In this document: positions 23,488 to 34,365 of the stretch, in pieces
Layout of the letters: every line of letters starts with the position of its first letter
How positions within the stretch are numbered: the stretch's first letter is position 1
DNA from: Diplonema japonicum
Lineage: Eukaryota; Protista; Euglenozoa: Diplonemea
DNA length: 64,000 nucleotides
Direction of reading: 5' to 3'
Assembly: GCA_964019335.1 (NCBI GenBank)
Contig: OZ025700.1
Location: 372,001 to 436,000, forward strand
Position numbers and translations under genes: made by a program
The notes under the pieces: generated by a model
Databases searched by the model: none
Told to the model about the DNA's origin: nothing
Seen by the model: the letters and a program-made list of their open reading frames with translations, nothing else

Positions 23488-24426
23488 TCACTTTTTTTTC
23501 CACGGATTGCCTGCTCGGGGCAGGGTGCTGATAGAGCGGTGCTGAGCTGGAGGAATGTCGAAAGTCTGAGGGGGTACTGGATGCTGCGGCTTCACAGGCT
23601 GGTCCTGAACAGGGACAGGGATGCTCGTTTCCCGGCTGGGCTGCTTCTCCTGTTGCTGCTGGTGGTGTTGTTGTTGTTGCTGCTGCTGCTGGGTTGCTTT
23701 CCCGGACTTCCCCCCTTTCCCGATTCCGTTGTTTGAATAGCTGTTGTACCCAGTGGCATTGTAAGCACCTCTGTTCTTCGAACCTTTGCCGCCTTTACCT
23801 CCTGATTCATGACCAGAGTGCCCTTTTTTCCCACCTGTCTTAGGGACGGGTTGATAAGGCTGCTTGTGGTGATGCTGATGTTGATGCTGATGTTGGTGTT
23901 GATGGTTATGTTGATGGTGGTGGTGATGGTGGTGCTGGTGGTGGTGGTGATGGTGGTGGTGGTATGGCTGCGACCCTTTCCGCATTGCTTGCATTACTGA
24001 GCTCTGTGGGAGGTGGCTGTTGTTGTTTTGACCATGCTTCTGAGGCGCCGCACTACCAGCTTCGTTCGTGTGATGAGGAGGTTGTGCAGGAACAACGGGT
24101 TGGTGGTACATAGGTGGCACAGCATAAGGCGGATACTGGTGGTGGTGGTGGTGGTGGTGGTGGTGGTGGTGGTGCGAATGAGGCACTGGGTATGGAGGCA
24201 TGGGATACGGGTAGTGGTGGTGGTAGTGGTGATGAGGAGGCATTGCCTGGTGTGGCGGAGGGGGCGGCAGAGAAGGAGGAGGAAGATGGTGCCCATAATT
24301 GTGGTGATGGTGATGGTTGTAAGGGTCGTTTAGAACATGTCCCGCTGCAGGTGGGTGGTGTTGGTGGTGATGGTGGTGATGTTGGTGCTGGTGTTGATGC
24401 GCCGGTGTACTGTGTTGGTACGTCAT
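23488..24426 (-). CDS. His/Gln/Pro-rich low-complexity protein
   Basis: Open frame from MTYQHST with poly-His, (HQ)n and poly-Gln tracts and GGKG repeats. Confidence 0.75.
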   Translation of the reverse strand: MTYQHSTPAHQHQHQHHHHHHQHHPPAAGHVLNDPYNHHHHHNYGHHLPPPSLPPPPPHQAMPPHHHYHHHYPYPMPPYPVPHSHHHHHHHHHHHHQYPPYAVPPMYHQPVVPAQPPHHTNEAGSAAPQKHGQNNNSHLPQSSVMQAMRKGSQPYHHHHHHHHQHHHHHHHQHNHQHQHQHQHQHHHKQPYQPVPKTGGKKGHSGHESGGKGGKGSKNRGAYNATGYNSYSNNGIGKGGKSGKATQQQQQQQQHHQQQQEKQPSRETSIPVPVQDQPVKPQHPVPPQTFDIPPAQHRSISTLPRAGNPWKKK

Positions 24427-24677
24427 TGTTTCCGCTATTTTTTTTTTTTTTTTTTTCCCCGCTAGAGGAAGAAAAAAAAAATGCTCTTCTTTTTTTTCCC
24501 CTCCCCCGCACCCCCTTTTTTTTGCTCGGCCCTCCCCCATGTAGAAAGAACACCAAAAAAAAAAAATCAAAACAAAAGAGAGAAAAAAAAAATGGATGTT
24601 AATGCGAGAGAGAACAGAAGTAGAGAGACCGAAACAAAAATATCAAAAAAAAAGGAAAAAAAAAAAAAGCACGCAAT

Positions 24678-24711
<34 letters not shown>

Positions 24712-24806
24712 AAACCTGGCGGAAAGGAAGTCATGGTTACCTGCCAGAATAAAAAAAAAAGTCTAGGCATTTCATACGGGGCTTACAGCCAAATTCTGTC
24801 ATAATC

Positions 24807-25910
24807 TCAGGCAGGCACGACTCGTCGTGACCCGTATTGGGTTTCGTCTGTGCATCCTGGAACGCGTATTCTGAATGTTTTGACGTTTTTGAGTACGCGA
24901 TCCTGTTTCTCGCTTCTTTTTTTCTCCTGAAGCTGGTGGTCGATCCAGAAAAGCCTGGATTTTGTGGCGGACTCGGCGACCTCAGCTGCGCCAATTGACC
25001 CAACCTTGTCCATGATGGAGGCGAGGAATTTGGGAATGGAGGTGTTGATGATGAAAGTCGGGTTGGAGCATAAAACACCACGATCATCAGGCAACCGGTG
25101 GAATATTAGAAGCGATTTACATTTTTTCGTCATATCCACAGAACCCTTGTCCCGTTTGGTACGTTCCAGCAATAGGGCTTTGTGGACCTGGAGGCCATTG
25201 AGAAGCGGTCGCAAATCGTTAAGATCTTCCTCGGCGATTTCGCTGCATCGGAATTGAACGGTCATCTTGAATACCCAAGGGATAACTGGCTTCGTGATTC
25301 GAAAGGTATCGTAATCACCTCTCGCCTTACAGTCATCCCAAACTTTAGTAGAACTAATTTGGCATGCTTTATGGTATTCCGGGGTTACAAAAGTTTCTAA
25401 TGTAATTTTGTCAATATCCACACACGGTAGGATGTAGAGTGCGCGGGTGAGGAAGTATATGGCGTTTCGCATTGTGCCTAGGTTTTTCATGTCTATTTTC
25501 AGTGCTTTGTTTTCAAGCTCTTCATCGTTGAAGGCAGTTTTGTTGATTGCCAAGCTGAACAGTCTGATTTCTTCTGTTGTGAGGTTTGTCCCGGCTTTGC
25601 ATGAGAAGCCGAATAACGCGAAACCTTCTTCCAGTTTATCTCTGACGGATTCGTCTAGGTTCCACGAGTTGAGGAGACCGCTTTTGAACGCGAAGTCTGC
25701 GCGGCGCTTTCCCTTGAACCGGGAGCTTAGTTTTTTCCCCATGCTTCCCGCGTTTTCTGGTGCCAAGGCATTGTCCTCCTCCAGCCATTCTTCCATTGAG
25801 TGGAACGATGTATTCTCCATTGTGGCCGCAGTCACATCCTTCACCTGCTGCACCTCTTCTGGTGGCGACGACCCATCCCAGTACCGTTGATTCTCGGGAT
25901 TCGGTGTCAT
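24807..25910 (-). CDS. Hypothetical protein; C-terminus possibly START/SRPBCC-like
   Basis: 367-aa ORF with globular composition, preceded by an A13 run. The fold guess comes from the strand-strand-'NTSIP'-long-helix ending only. Confidence 0.8.
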   Translation of the reverse strand: MTPNPENQRYWDGSSPPEEVQQVKDVTAATMENTSFHSMEEWLEEDNALAPENAGSMGKKLSSRFKGKRRADFAFKSGLLNSWNLDESVRDKLEEGFALFGFSCKAGTNLTTEEIRLFSLAINKTAFNDEELENKALKIDMKNLGTMRNAIYFLTRALYILPCVDIDKITLETFVTPEYHKACQISSTKVWDDCKARGDYDTFRITKPVIPWVFKMTVQFRCSEIAEEDLNDLRPLLNGLQVHKALLLERTKRDKGSVDMTKKCKSLLIFHRLPDDRGVLCSNPTFIINTSIPKFLASIMDKVGSIGAAEVAESATKSRLFWIDHQLQEKKRSEKQDRVLKNVKTFRIRVPGCTDETQYGSRRVVPA

Positions 25911-25981
25911 TTTTTTTTTTTTTCTGTACTCCTTTTTTTATACTTTTTTTTTTGATGGAGAATTGAAAGGGAAAATTACTC

Positions 25982-26012
<31 letters not shown>

Positions 26013-26041
26013 TGTTTATGGAAAGCCCAAGTCCTTCCATG

Positions 26042-26089
<48 letters not shown>

Positions 26090-26317
26090 TCCCATCCGTC
26101 CCGGCAGAAAAAAAAAAAAGAAAAAAAAAAAAAAAAAAACAGGGAGAGTAATAATTTTGTTTCTCCCCCGTGTTTTTCTCGTTTCCCAAATCCCCATTTC
26201 TTCTCTTTTTTCTTTTTTTTTTTCTCCTCGTTTCTTTCTTTGTTCTTTCTTCTTTTACGATAACCGACGGAAAGTTAGCAACAAAAGTAAGAAACGAAAA
26301 AAAAAGGGGGGGGAAAC

Positions 26318-26578
26318 TCAGGACAATGCACACTGGCACATGGAGCACCCGGCCTCTTGTGGTCGGGCCACCTCTACCACTTCCTGCTGGGTGGTGCCTT
26401 CCTCTTTCCCCGCCCCAGTACCCATGTTCGCGTTCAACTTCGTTATTAACCGTAACTTCCCCTCCTTCGCGTCCAGCATCTCATCCAAGTTTAAACAAGA
26501 CCCAACAAACTCTTTAGCAGAGTCATTATTCTCTGTGTCTCTCCGCGGTCTGGGATGCCCCGAAGGGGGAGGCTGCAT
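26318..26578 (-). CDS. 86-aa microprotein ending in a Cys cluster and CaaX motif
   Basis: GC-rich island exactly spanned by the ORF, with an A-run before ATG; ends EAGCSMCQCALS. Confidence 0.6.
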   Translation of the reverse strand: MQPPPSGHPRPRRDTENNDSAKEFVGSCLNLDEMLDAKEGKLRLITKLNANMGTGAGKEEGTTQQEVVEVARPQEAGCSMCQCALS

Positions 26579-26637
26579 TTTTCCCCCCTCCCCTCTCTCG
26601 TCCCTTTAATGAGTTCTCATTACTATTTTTTTTCTAC

Positions 26638-26672
<35 letters not shown>

Positions 26673-26697
26673 TGGAAACCAAAAAAAAAAAAAAACA

Positions 26698-27744
26698 TCA
26701 ATTTATTGTAGGCAGAAGGGGGACAGATGAGTTCCTTCCTGTCTGCAAGGCAGTGGGTATTGAAGAAGTTTGGTAGTAAGCAAGGTCCGGCAAGCACCAG
26801 TCAACGCAACCGACAATCCCACCAGCGCCGATGAGATTTAAGTAATGGCCACGTTCCATAGCCTCAAGCGAGTGTCTTTCTGTCCTTGCTGTTTTCTGGA
26901 TCAACTGGCAAGCGACGGTTTGTTGCTTGTTCAGCTGCTGGAAAAGGTACTGGAAGGTATTCAAACCATCAAGGTCGGGGAAGCGAGGAGCGACGGGTGT
27001 GAAGAACAGACAGCTCTCCTCTGTGGGGGTGATTGGTGTCGCCGCCATTTGCAGCCTTTTCTGCTTCCTGATTCTGCTTTCAATCCTCAACAATTTTTCT
27101 CTATGTGCAAACTGTGCAGTTTGACGTTGCTTTGCTAGTCTTTGCCGCACCCTGCTCACCTCAAGATATCCACCTGCTTCCAACCCCCTGAGCTTTTCTC
27201 GACCAGCCTCTTCCTTATCCTCCATCAGATACCGTATCTCCTCTTCGTTTAAATATAGTTCCAAAACCAAGTTATCGAAGTGCAATATTGGTCGTGGTGC
27301 AGGGGGTAGTGTTGGTGGAGGGCAGGGTTTATGCAAAAGTGAATTTTTAAACGCGTTTATGCTAGCTATCGCACTGAGAGCGTGGCCCAGCCTGTTGGGC
27401 TCTTCTGTCTTCATCAGCACCAAGGCTTTTCCTGCAGAGTGTCTTCTTCCGTACGCACCGCCTTGACCCTCTATCTTTTTGTGCTGTCCTTCTCTTCTGC
27501 AAGGCTCTTTTTCCTCCTCTTTGAGCACTTGCTCTTGCATCACTCTGGCCAGTGCCTTTCCCACTGTCCTGCCCTGGATTACCTTCTTCACAGCCCGGTA
27601 TATTTTCCCCATGGCTTGTCTCTGTGAGCCTGTAGTTTCGCACTTCATCTCGGGGTATTCCTTGGGCATCGGTGCTGCTGTCACTTCGATCTTCGTCTTC
27701 TCTACGCCCTGCTGCGGGGTCTTCCTAAGGATAAAAATAGGCAT
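26698..27744 (-). CDS. Hypothetical coiled-coil protein
   Basis: 348-aa ORF on the coding strand; no recognised domain. Confidence 0.7.
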   Translation of the reverse strand: MPIFILRKTPQQGVEKTKIEVTAAPMPKEYPEMKCETTGSQRQAMGKIYRAVKKVIQGRTVGKALARVMQEQVLKEEEKEPCRREGQHKKIEGQGGAYGRRHSAGKALVLMKTEEPNRLGHALSAIASINAFKNSLLHKPCPPPTLPPAPRPILHFDNLVLELYLNEEEIRYLMEDKEEAGREKLRGLEAGGYLEVSRVRQRLAKQRQTAQFAHREKLLRIESRIRKQKRLQMAATPITPTEESCLFFTPVAPRFPDLDGLNTFQYLFQQLNKQQTVACQLIQKTARTERHSLEAMERGHYLNLIGAGGIVGCVDWCLPDLAYYQTSSIPTALQTGRNSSVPLLPTIN

Positions 27745-27895
27745 TTACCCCTGTTTTTTTTTCTCTTCCCTCCTTTTCCCTTCTCCTTCCCTTTCGAAAG
27801 AAAGGGTGAGAGAAATGAAAGGAGAAAAAAAAAGAAGAAAGAAGGGGCAGGGGGAGAGAGACTATGGAAATAGCTTTTCTTTTTTACACCCCTCT

Positions 27896-30577
27896 TCACT
27901 TCCCTTTTTTTGCTTTTTTGGTCCTTTCAGAACGTTTCGCGGGTTCAACGGCGGTCCAGATGCCGGTTGCCGGGGGGGTGCGGTGCTGGTTGCGGATCAC
28001 TCTGCACCCCTCACGGAGGGACTGCAACATGACTACTTCAGCGTTGCTGATGGAAGACTCCGAAACGACGAGGCAGGAAAGGGGCGCAACGTCGAAGATG
28101 AGGTCCATGCAGCTGGCGAGCGAGACCCCCTTGCAGGAGGAAAGGTTCAACATCTTGAGCTGCTTGCAGTACTTGTTGATGCCACGAATGGACGCATCGG
28201 TTATATTGACGCAGCCAGCGATGGACAAGACTTGGAGGGACTTCGCATGCTGCACAACGGATAACAGGGCTGCGTCGGTAAACTGCATCACCCCACCTAC
28301 ATCCAACTGTTTCAAGTTCCTCGGAGCTTGTGTTAAACACCCCAGAGATGCAGTTGTAAGGCCGGGTTGCGTGCAAAGCTTCAACTTCAACACTTGTAAA
28401 AACCCGCACCGCCCGCACACACTCCTGAGCCCCACGTCGCCTATGTTATAGCAGCCGCTGAGGTCAAGATGGACAAGCCCAGGGCAGTACTGAGCGACAC
28501 TGACGAGGGACATATCTGTGACGTGCTCGCAGTACGAGATGTCCAAGACTTGTAGGTTCCTGCACCTGTACAGCATTTCGAAGGTGCTGCCATCGACGTC
28601 AAGCCTCGGGACGGAGTGGCAGCATAGGATGGAGAGGTGATGGCTGTGCTCGATGACCGCTTTGATGGCGTCCCCCGTCACTGCTGTGCACCCATTCACG
28701 TTCACGTACGACAGCAACGAACACTTCTTCGCGATGTTGCTCAAGGCAGGGTCCGTCAGCGTCTCACACCCGTCAAGGTTCAGCAGCTTCAGCTCCGGGC
28801 AGAAGTCTCCGATGCGTGACAGAGCCTCGACGGGCAACCACTTCATCCCCTCAAAGTAGATCTGCTCCACCTCGGTGCCCTTTTCGGTCAGCAGTGCTAG
28901 GAACCGCGAGTCGTCGAATGCGAAGGCGCCAGAGGGTGCCGTCAGTGTTTCCTTGAATGTCATCTTTTCCTGCTTCCCGTTCTTTGGGGAGCCTCTCACC
29001 TGTGTCATGCAGTCGCCCATCCGCAGCCCCACGCCCGATAGGTACGTCCCGAACATGGGCCTGTCGGAGCTGTTGTTGAAAGCGGATACCACCTGCGGGG
29101 TGACAATGCGTAGTGGCGTCCCTCCTGTGACAGCCTCTGGTGGGTAGCCTTCTTTTGCTTCGACTTTCACGTTAGGCATTAGCATCCCATTCTGGATGGC
29201 GAGCTTCCATAGGGACAGCATCGTCACGTTGCAGACCTCTTCTTCTGTCACCTCTCCTTCGCTCTCCGACTCGTCAAGTTCGCCGTCCTGTCGCGTTCCG
29301 TAGAACTGTGGTGCGGTATGCGGTTGCACACGCACCACCTGCAGCTGCGGCTCTTCTGGTTCCTTCGGCACGAACTTCTGTGGCTTAGGTGCCTCTTCCT
29401 CTTCATCGTCATCCTCGTTGTTCTCACTCGACGCGCTTGTGTTCTCGGACGCTTCTGGCGGCTCTGAGAGCATCGATGCTTCATGTTCCTCTGTTGCCTG
29501 TGGTTCCTCCGCAGGCGGGGGTTGCACAAGGACTTGCGTTTCATATAAATGAGCCGCAATGTTTGACCGCGTGAAGTTGGTTCTGTTCCGCAGGAGATAC
29601 TGCAACTCGGGTGTGAGGAGCCTAAAGGCTTGCGAGGGTGGAAGGACGGGGTTCGCCTCGTCATAGAGGCCCTTCTTGATGTACCGGTTGCTATTGGTGC
29701 CTTTGGGGCCCGAGTTGGGGGTGATGCGGCTGTTGGCTGCCTTAGCGACGTTACAGAGGAGTGCATTGTTGGGTGTGCTGGCATGGATGGCGGATGTGAT
29801 GGCACGCGCGGCAGTTTCAGTAAGTGTGCAGGCTTGCCGTTGTGCGAGGTCTGCAGGCGCGTAGTATTCCTTTCTCTTAAGTCCGCCGGTGGTAGAGTAG
29901 TTCTTACAAACAGACAATGCTTCTGCCCCAGCAGGATCACCGTCAGGGGGAGCTGCAGGGGCGTGGCTGTCGGACGTGACTTTCCGGCAAGCAGCAGGCG
30001 GGTTGCGCCTGTTGGGCGACGCAATAAGTGCGGAGTTCGGCTGGAAAAGCGTTGCCTTGCGGTTTTCGGAGGCCTGCAGCTCCGAGACAAGCGGGTGGAG
30101 GTAGTCATGCTGCAGCTTCTTTTTATACTTGCAATCATCGACGGGGGGTACCGTTGCAGGGGGGCGGTGCCAGTACGGGTTCGGCCTTTGCGACTCGTCC
30201 TGCTTCACGGGGTCTATCTTCGCTGTGTTCACGGAGCAGCATCTCGCGTCTTCCGCTCTGATGTCGTCCAGCTCGCGGATCTTCCCAAACCCCTCTTCTG
30301 CGAACCCGTTGCGGCTCCCCAGCATCGCCGGGTAGGTCATCCGCTTTCTGAACCCCCCGACAAAACCCTTCCGGCTGTTCTTCCCCAAAACCTTGAACGG
30401 TGTCCCTGTCCTTTCGGTTTTCGTCAGCGAGACCCTTGCACTGGAGAACAAACTCGAACTCAGAACTGTCTGCGCGTAACGAAGGTCTAGAATGGGCGAC
30501 GACACCCACACAGGACCGGCCTGGGGCGGTGGTGCGGGACGGGGGGCACCGTCGCTACCAATTTGCATCTCTTCCAT
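27896..30577 (-). CDS. Cysteine-containing LRR (FBXL/RNI-like) protein
   Basis: About 9 C-terminal repeats of LxxLdlsgCxxitD. Likely start is MEEMQIG. Confidence 0.9.
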   Translation of the reverse strand: MEEMQIGSDGAPRPAPPPQAGPVWVSSPILDLRYAQTVLSSSLFSSARVSLTKTERTGTPFKVLGKNSRKGFVGGFRKRMTYPAMLGSRNGFAEEGFGKIRELDDIRAEDARCCSVNTAKIDPVKQDESQRPNPYWHRPPATVPPVDDCKYKKKLQHDYLHPLVSELQASENRKATLFQPNSALIASPNRRNPPAACRKVTSDSHAPAAPPDGDPAGAEALSVCKNYSTTGGLKRKEYYAPADLAQRQACTLTETAARAITSAIHASTPNNALLCNVAKAANSRITPNSGPKGTNSNRYIKKGLYDEANPVLPPSQAFRLLTPELQYLLRNRTNFTRSNIAAHLYETQVLVQPPPAEEPQATEEHEASMLSEPPEASENTSASSENNEDDDEEEEAPKPQKFVPKEPEEPQLQVVRVQPHTAPQFYGTRQDGELDESESEGEVTEEEVCNVTMLSLWKLAIQNGMLMPNVKVEAKEGYPPEAVTGGTPLRIVTPQVVSAFNNSSDRPMFGTYLSGVGLRMGDCMTQVRGSPKNGKQEKMTFKETLTAPSGAFAFDDSRFLALLTEKGTEVEQIYFEGMKWLPVEALSRIGDFCPELKLLNLDGCETLTDPALSNIAKKCSLLSYVNVNGCTAVTGDAIKAVIEHSHHLSILCCHSVPRLDVDGSTFEMLYRCRNLQVLDISYCEHVTDMSLVSVAQYCPGLVHLDLSGCYNIGDVGLRSVCGRCGFLQVLKLKLCTQPGLTTASLGCLTQAPRNLKQLDVGGVMQFTDAALLSVVQHAKSLQVLSIAGCVNITDASIRGINKYCKQLKMLNLSSCKGVSLASCMDLIFDVAPLSCLVVSESSISNAEVVMLQSLREGCRVIRNQHRTPPATGIWTAVEPAKRSERTKKAKKGK

Positions 30578-30675
30578 TTTCCTTCTGACTCCCCCTCCCC
30601 CCGTCTTCTCTTTGTATGTATGAGGGAAAAAGAAGAAAAAAACTAAACAAATAAATAAATAAAACAAACACTCGT

Positions 30676-31485
30676 CTACCATTTCATCTGAGACTCGTCC
30701 CTCACACCTCCAAGCATCTGCTCTCGAGACATCGAACCACGGTTGACAAGACGGGTCCCATGGCGTCGGAGGTTGTAGAGGGAAATAAAAAAGAGCAGCG
30801 ACCAGGTGCTGAAGTACACAAGATGTACAGCAGGGGTGATGATGTGCGAGGCGTAAGACAGCCTGTCCCGCGTGAGCGGGAGGTGATCGGGCGCATCAAA
30901 AGGTTGGTCAGTGATATCGATCCAGTAAGGAAGGGGCTTTCTCGCACCCTCCTTAATGGAGTGTTTGTTGTAGAAGTCAGTCCACATCATCGGCGGATGT
31001 GCCTGTTTGTACAGGCCTTCGTCTCGTTTCACGAGAGTATTTGCAGAAGGGCGTTCGGGTTTTCTGAACACGCCTTGAATCTCGCAGCTGTTGGGCTGCC
31101 TTGATAGAATGTCTTGCAGGTTGCCGTCGGATATTATACTGGCAGGCACCTGTCCCCTGCATACCATTACGTGTTCGTTCTTAGCTGTGATGAATGGCAC
31201 GAACACCATGTAGGAATCGTCGGTGTCTATTTTCCCGTACTGTGTTTTCATTGCCCTCTTCGGCCCCACCAAGATGGCATCCTCGTTGTAGAAAGTTCCC
31301 TTGATCTTCACCATTTCAATGTCAGCAGGGGGTTCCTTGCCCAGGTCTACTCCAGGTTCGCCTCTTAGCCGGCTTTCCCTCGCTTCCAACAGGTCTTTCT
31401 TCCAAAAATACCTGTGGAATTGCCACGCGCTCATTCCGCCTGTTCCTGCTGCCAAACCCAGCAGCCCATAAAGTTTTGACGCCAT
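30676..31485 (-). CDS. SURF1: SURF1/Shy1 cytochrome c oxidase assembly factor
   Basis: WQFHRYFWKKDLL, VKIKGTF, VMVCRGQVP, and HLVYFSTWSLL at the C-terminal TM. Confidence 0.88.
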   Translation of the reverse strand: MASKLYGLLGLAAGTGGMSAWQFHRYFWKKDLLEARESRLRGEPGVDLGKEPPADIEMVKIKGTFYNEDAILVGPKRAMKTQYGKIDTDDSYMVFVPFITAKNEHVMVCRGQVPASIISDGNLQDILSRQPNSCEIQGVFRKPERPSANTLVKRDEGLYKQAHPPMMWTDFYNKHSIKEGARKPLPYWIDITDQPFDAPDHLPLTRDRLSYASHIITPAVHLVYFSTWSLLFFISLYNLRRHGTRLVNRGSMSREQMLGGVRDESQMKW

Positions 31486-32220
31486 TCTTTTTTTTTTTTT
31501 CCCCTTTCTTTTAATTTTTTTTTGTTGCTTTTTTTGGATGGAACAGATAGAGAGAATAAGAAGAAGGGGAAGGGGGAGGGGGAAACAGCACGTAGGAGGG
31601 CCTTTTGTTGTTGTTGTTGTTTGTTGTTGTTGTTGTTCTGTGTGGTTTTTCTTGTTCCTTTTCTTTTTTTTTTTGAAAGGAAAAGAGAGAAAGGGGGGGG
31701 GGGGGGGGGGGATGGGGATGGCAACCGGAAAAATAGAAACATAACTAATTAAGAAAAAGAGAGGAGGGTGTCTTCCTCCCCCCCCCCCCCCCCACCCTGT
31801 ATTTTATTGTTTTTTTTCCATTCTTTCCTCCATTCACATTTGGAAGAAAGAGGTAAAGTTCTTGGTTACCCCTGGTTTTCAACAAAGTACACAGGGCGAC
31901 CCCAACTATTAAAGCCTAAGTAAAGTACCAACTTCAGATTTCACCACCTGCCCCTCTATTGTTGTCTCTCCGCAAAGCAGGGGGTCAATTTTTGGAACTT
32001 TCTGCAGAAGTATGGGGCAAAAAGAAAGAAGAAGAAAAAAAAAAAGGACTAAACAAAAAAAAAAAGTTTTTTTTTAAGAGGGGCAATTATTTATCCTTCC
32101 CCCTTCATCTACAATAACAAGCTATAATGCGAGGCTAGAAAGTGGCTTTTTTTTTTTTTTTTTTTGTTTGTAAAAACACAATTTTTTCCCCTCCTCTATT
32201 TCGGGTTCATTCGGCAGTCT

Positions 32221-33285
32221 TCACACATCTGTTACATGGCGAAAACCCTTTTCTTTCTCTTGCATCTCGATCTCACTCGGCGACACGTCCCCGGGGCCGT
32301 GTGGTTTGGGGGAGATCTCCTCCTCCGCAAGGTCTTCCTCATTAACGTGATCAATGTCAACACCAGCGTGCCCGGGCCGACCATATATCCACGAAGCAGG
32401 GTGGTACTCCGCCTTAGTCTTTGCCTTCTTATAGAGATAAAATGTGAGAACGATCAAGCAAACTCCAACCACTGCTATGAACACAAGAAACGCCCCAAGA
32501 AAGAGCCTTTCTGATTTGCTCATCCCGAACTCGTTCGACCCCGAGGTGACATTTTGAGCCACAAGGTAAGGGTCGTCTACCCCGGCACGGACGGTGAAAT
32601 CAATATCGAAATCCGTGTTAATCTGAGCAGGTTTTTCCACAGATTCGTATCGTGGTCCTTTAACCTCTGTGTAGTGAAGGTCCGGGCTGCCGTTGCTGCC
32701 TGTTGAACAACCTCCTAAAAGCTGCCAGTTTGTGTAATTTGCATCGTGTTTCAACGAAATGCACATGGATTTCAGTACTTTTCGTATTTTGCACTCCCCC
32801 TTCGACGAGTCAAGGGTGCCGTGGTTGGCGTGTTGACAGTTTTTCCAGTTTGTGGTGTACAAAATGCGGGTTTTCGTGATCTCGACTTCGGGCAGATGAA
32901 TGGTGTTGTTTTCAACCGTAAGCCACAGGTCGGTGGTGATGTCGTCCCAGCTGTCCAAGGGCCTTTTGTAGGTTGCCTTGTAAACATATTCTTCAAATGT
33001 TTTCACGTCGCTGTGCTTGTCTCTGACACCAGACGCAATCACTGTTCCTTTCAAGAGAAGTTCGTCGCCCAGGCCTCGAAGGGTCATGCCCCCGAGATCC
33101 TTCCAGATTCTCTCGCTTTCGTTGGTCCACTTCACCACCGCTCCGTTGAAAATGTTCAATTTTTCTTCACGTGCCTCATCCTGCTCAACATCCGTCAGCG
33201 TTAATATCGCCATAGTAAGGGACCCAATGAACAGCGTGATGGAGAACAGAAGCCCATACACCAAAATTTCGTTTTCTTTCTTCAT
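32221..33285 (-). CDS. Two-TM membrane protein with Cys-containing ectodomain; homolog of 14552..15817
   Basis: FNGAVVKW, KSMCISL and RAGVDDPYLVAQNVTSGSNEFG, flanked by two TM helices. Confidence 0.85.
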   Translation of the reverse strand: MKKENEILVYGLLFSITLFIGSLTMAILTLTDVEQDEAREEKLNIFNGAVVKWTNESERIWKDLGGMTLRGLGDELLLKGTVIASGVRDKHSDVKTFEEYVYKATYKRPLDSWDDITTDLWLTVENNTIHLPEVEITKTRILYTTNWKNCQHANHGTLDSSKGECKIRKVLKSMCISLKHDANYTNWQLLGGCSTGSNGSPDLHYTEVKGPRYESVEKPAQINTDFDIDFTVRAGVDDPYLVAQNVTSGSNEFGMSKSERLFLGAFLVFIAVVGVCLIVLTFYLYKKAKTKAEYHPASWIYGRPGHAGVDIDHVNEEDLAEEEISPKPHGPGDVSPSEIEMQEKEKGFRHVTDV

Positions 33286-33818
33286 TTTTTTTTCCCCTCC
33301 CCTCTGTTGTTGTTGATTTCTTTTTTTTTTTTTTTTTTTTTTTCAGAAAGGGGGAATAATTAAAAAAAAAAAAAAGAAAACAAAAAGTAAATGTTCAAAA
33401 GAACACTTCCGAAAGATTCTCCCACGCGGACCCTGTGTCATATAAATTGACGCGCTCTTTAGGATGAAAGAGCGAACTGAAAACCGACGGCGAGCGCCTG
33501 CCCAATGTCACGAAACGAGGTTCTACCTGTTGTGTGTCAAAAAAAAAGAATGTAAGTGGGGAGACGGTTCTTTTTTTTTTTTTTTTTTTTCCTTTTTTGC
33601 TGCAAAAGAGAGAGATGGGGTGTTACAAAAAAACCCCCATTTTTTTTGGGGGGATTGTGCTGCGTTGAAATAATGGTATAAAAAAATAGAAGGGGGGGGG
33701 GTAAGGAAAAACGAAAAAAGGAACATTACAAAAAAAAAAATGGGGGTGTATAAAGGGGGAGTGTGAACAATCTAGAAGGAAAAAAAAAAAAAAAAAAAAA
33801 AAATAATCTAACCCAAAA

Positions 33819-34317
33819 TTACGAAAACGGTTTTGGCGGAGACAAAATAGCCTTCGGGCGTATGCCACCCCCGCTACCACCACCACCACCATCTAAGGAA
33901 GGGTAATAAGAGTACTGACTAGGATATGACGGAGGACTTAGGGGGGGGCCTCTCTGCGAAACCATAGACAGAATGGAAGGAGGGGGTTGTGCCGGCTGAG
34001 GAGGCTGTAAGGGAAAAGCAGCTGCCGTAGCAGCAGGCAATGGCATCGCTGCGGGAATAAGTGACTGGGTGCTGACCTCAGCGCCCTCCATGGGAGCAGG
34101 CGTGCTCCCCATCATCTCCGCACCACTGCCGACCTGCGTTTTTAACGTTTTCATCGTTTCAGTTAACTGCTCGATTTGCCCGTCCCTGACGGAGTCACGG
34201 TGCGTCAGGTACGCGTGAAAATTGTCGAGAATTGGTTTTTGAGAAGGATGTGGCTGTCTAGCATTCCTCTTTTCATTATCGAGCTCAATACGTGTTCTCT
34301 GCAAGTCCTATGGGGTT

Positions 34318-34365
<48 letters not shown>

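Noticed and set aside
33440-33520. Hammerhead-like CTGA...GAAAC with small hairpins
   Set aside because: The core is CTGAAAA rather than CTGANGA, and the three stems cannot be built.
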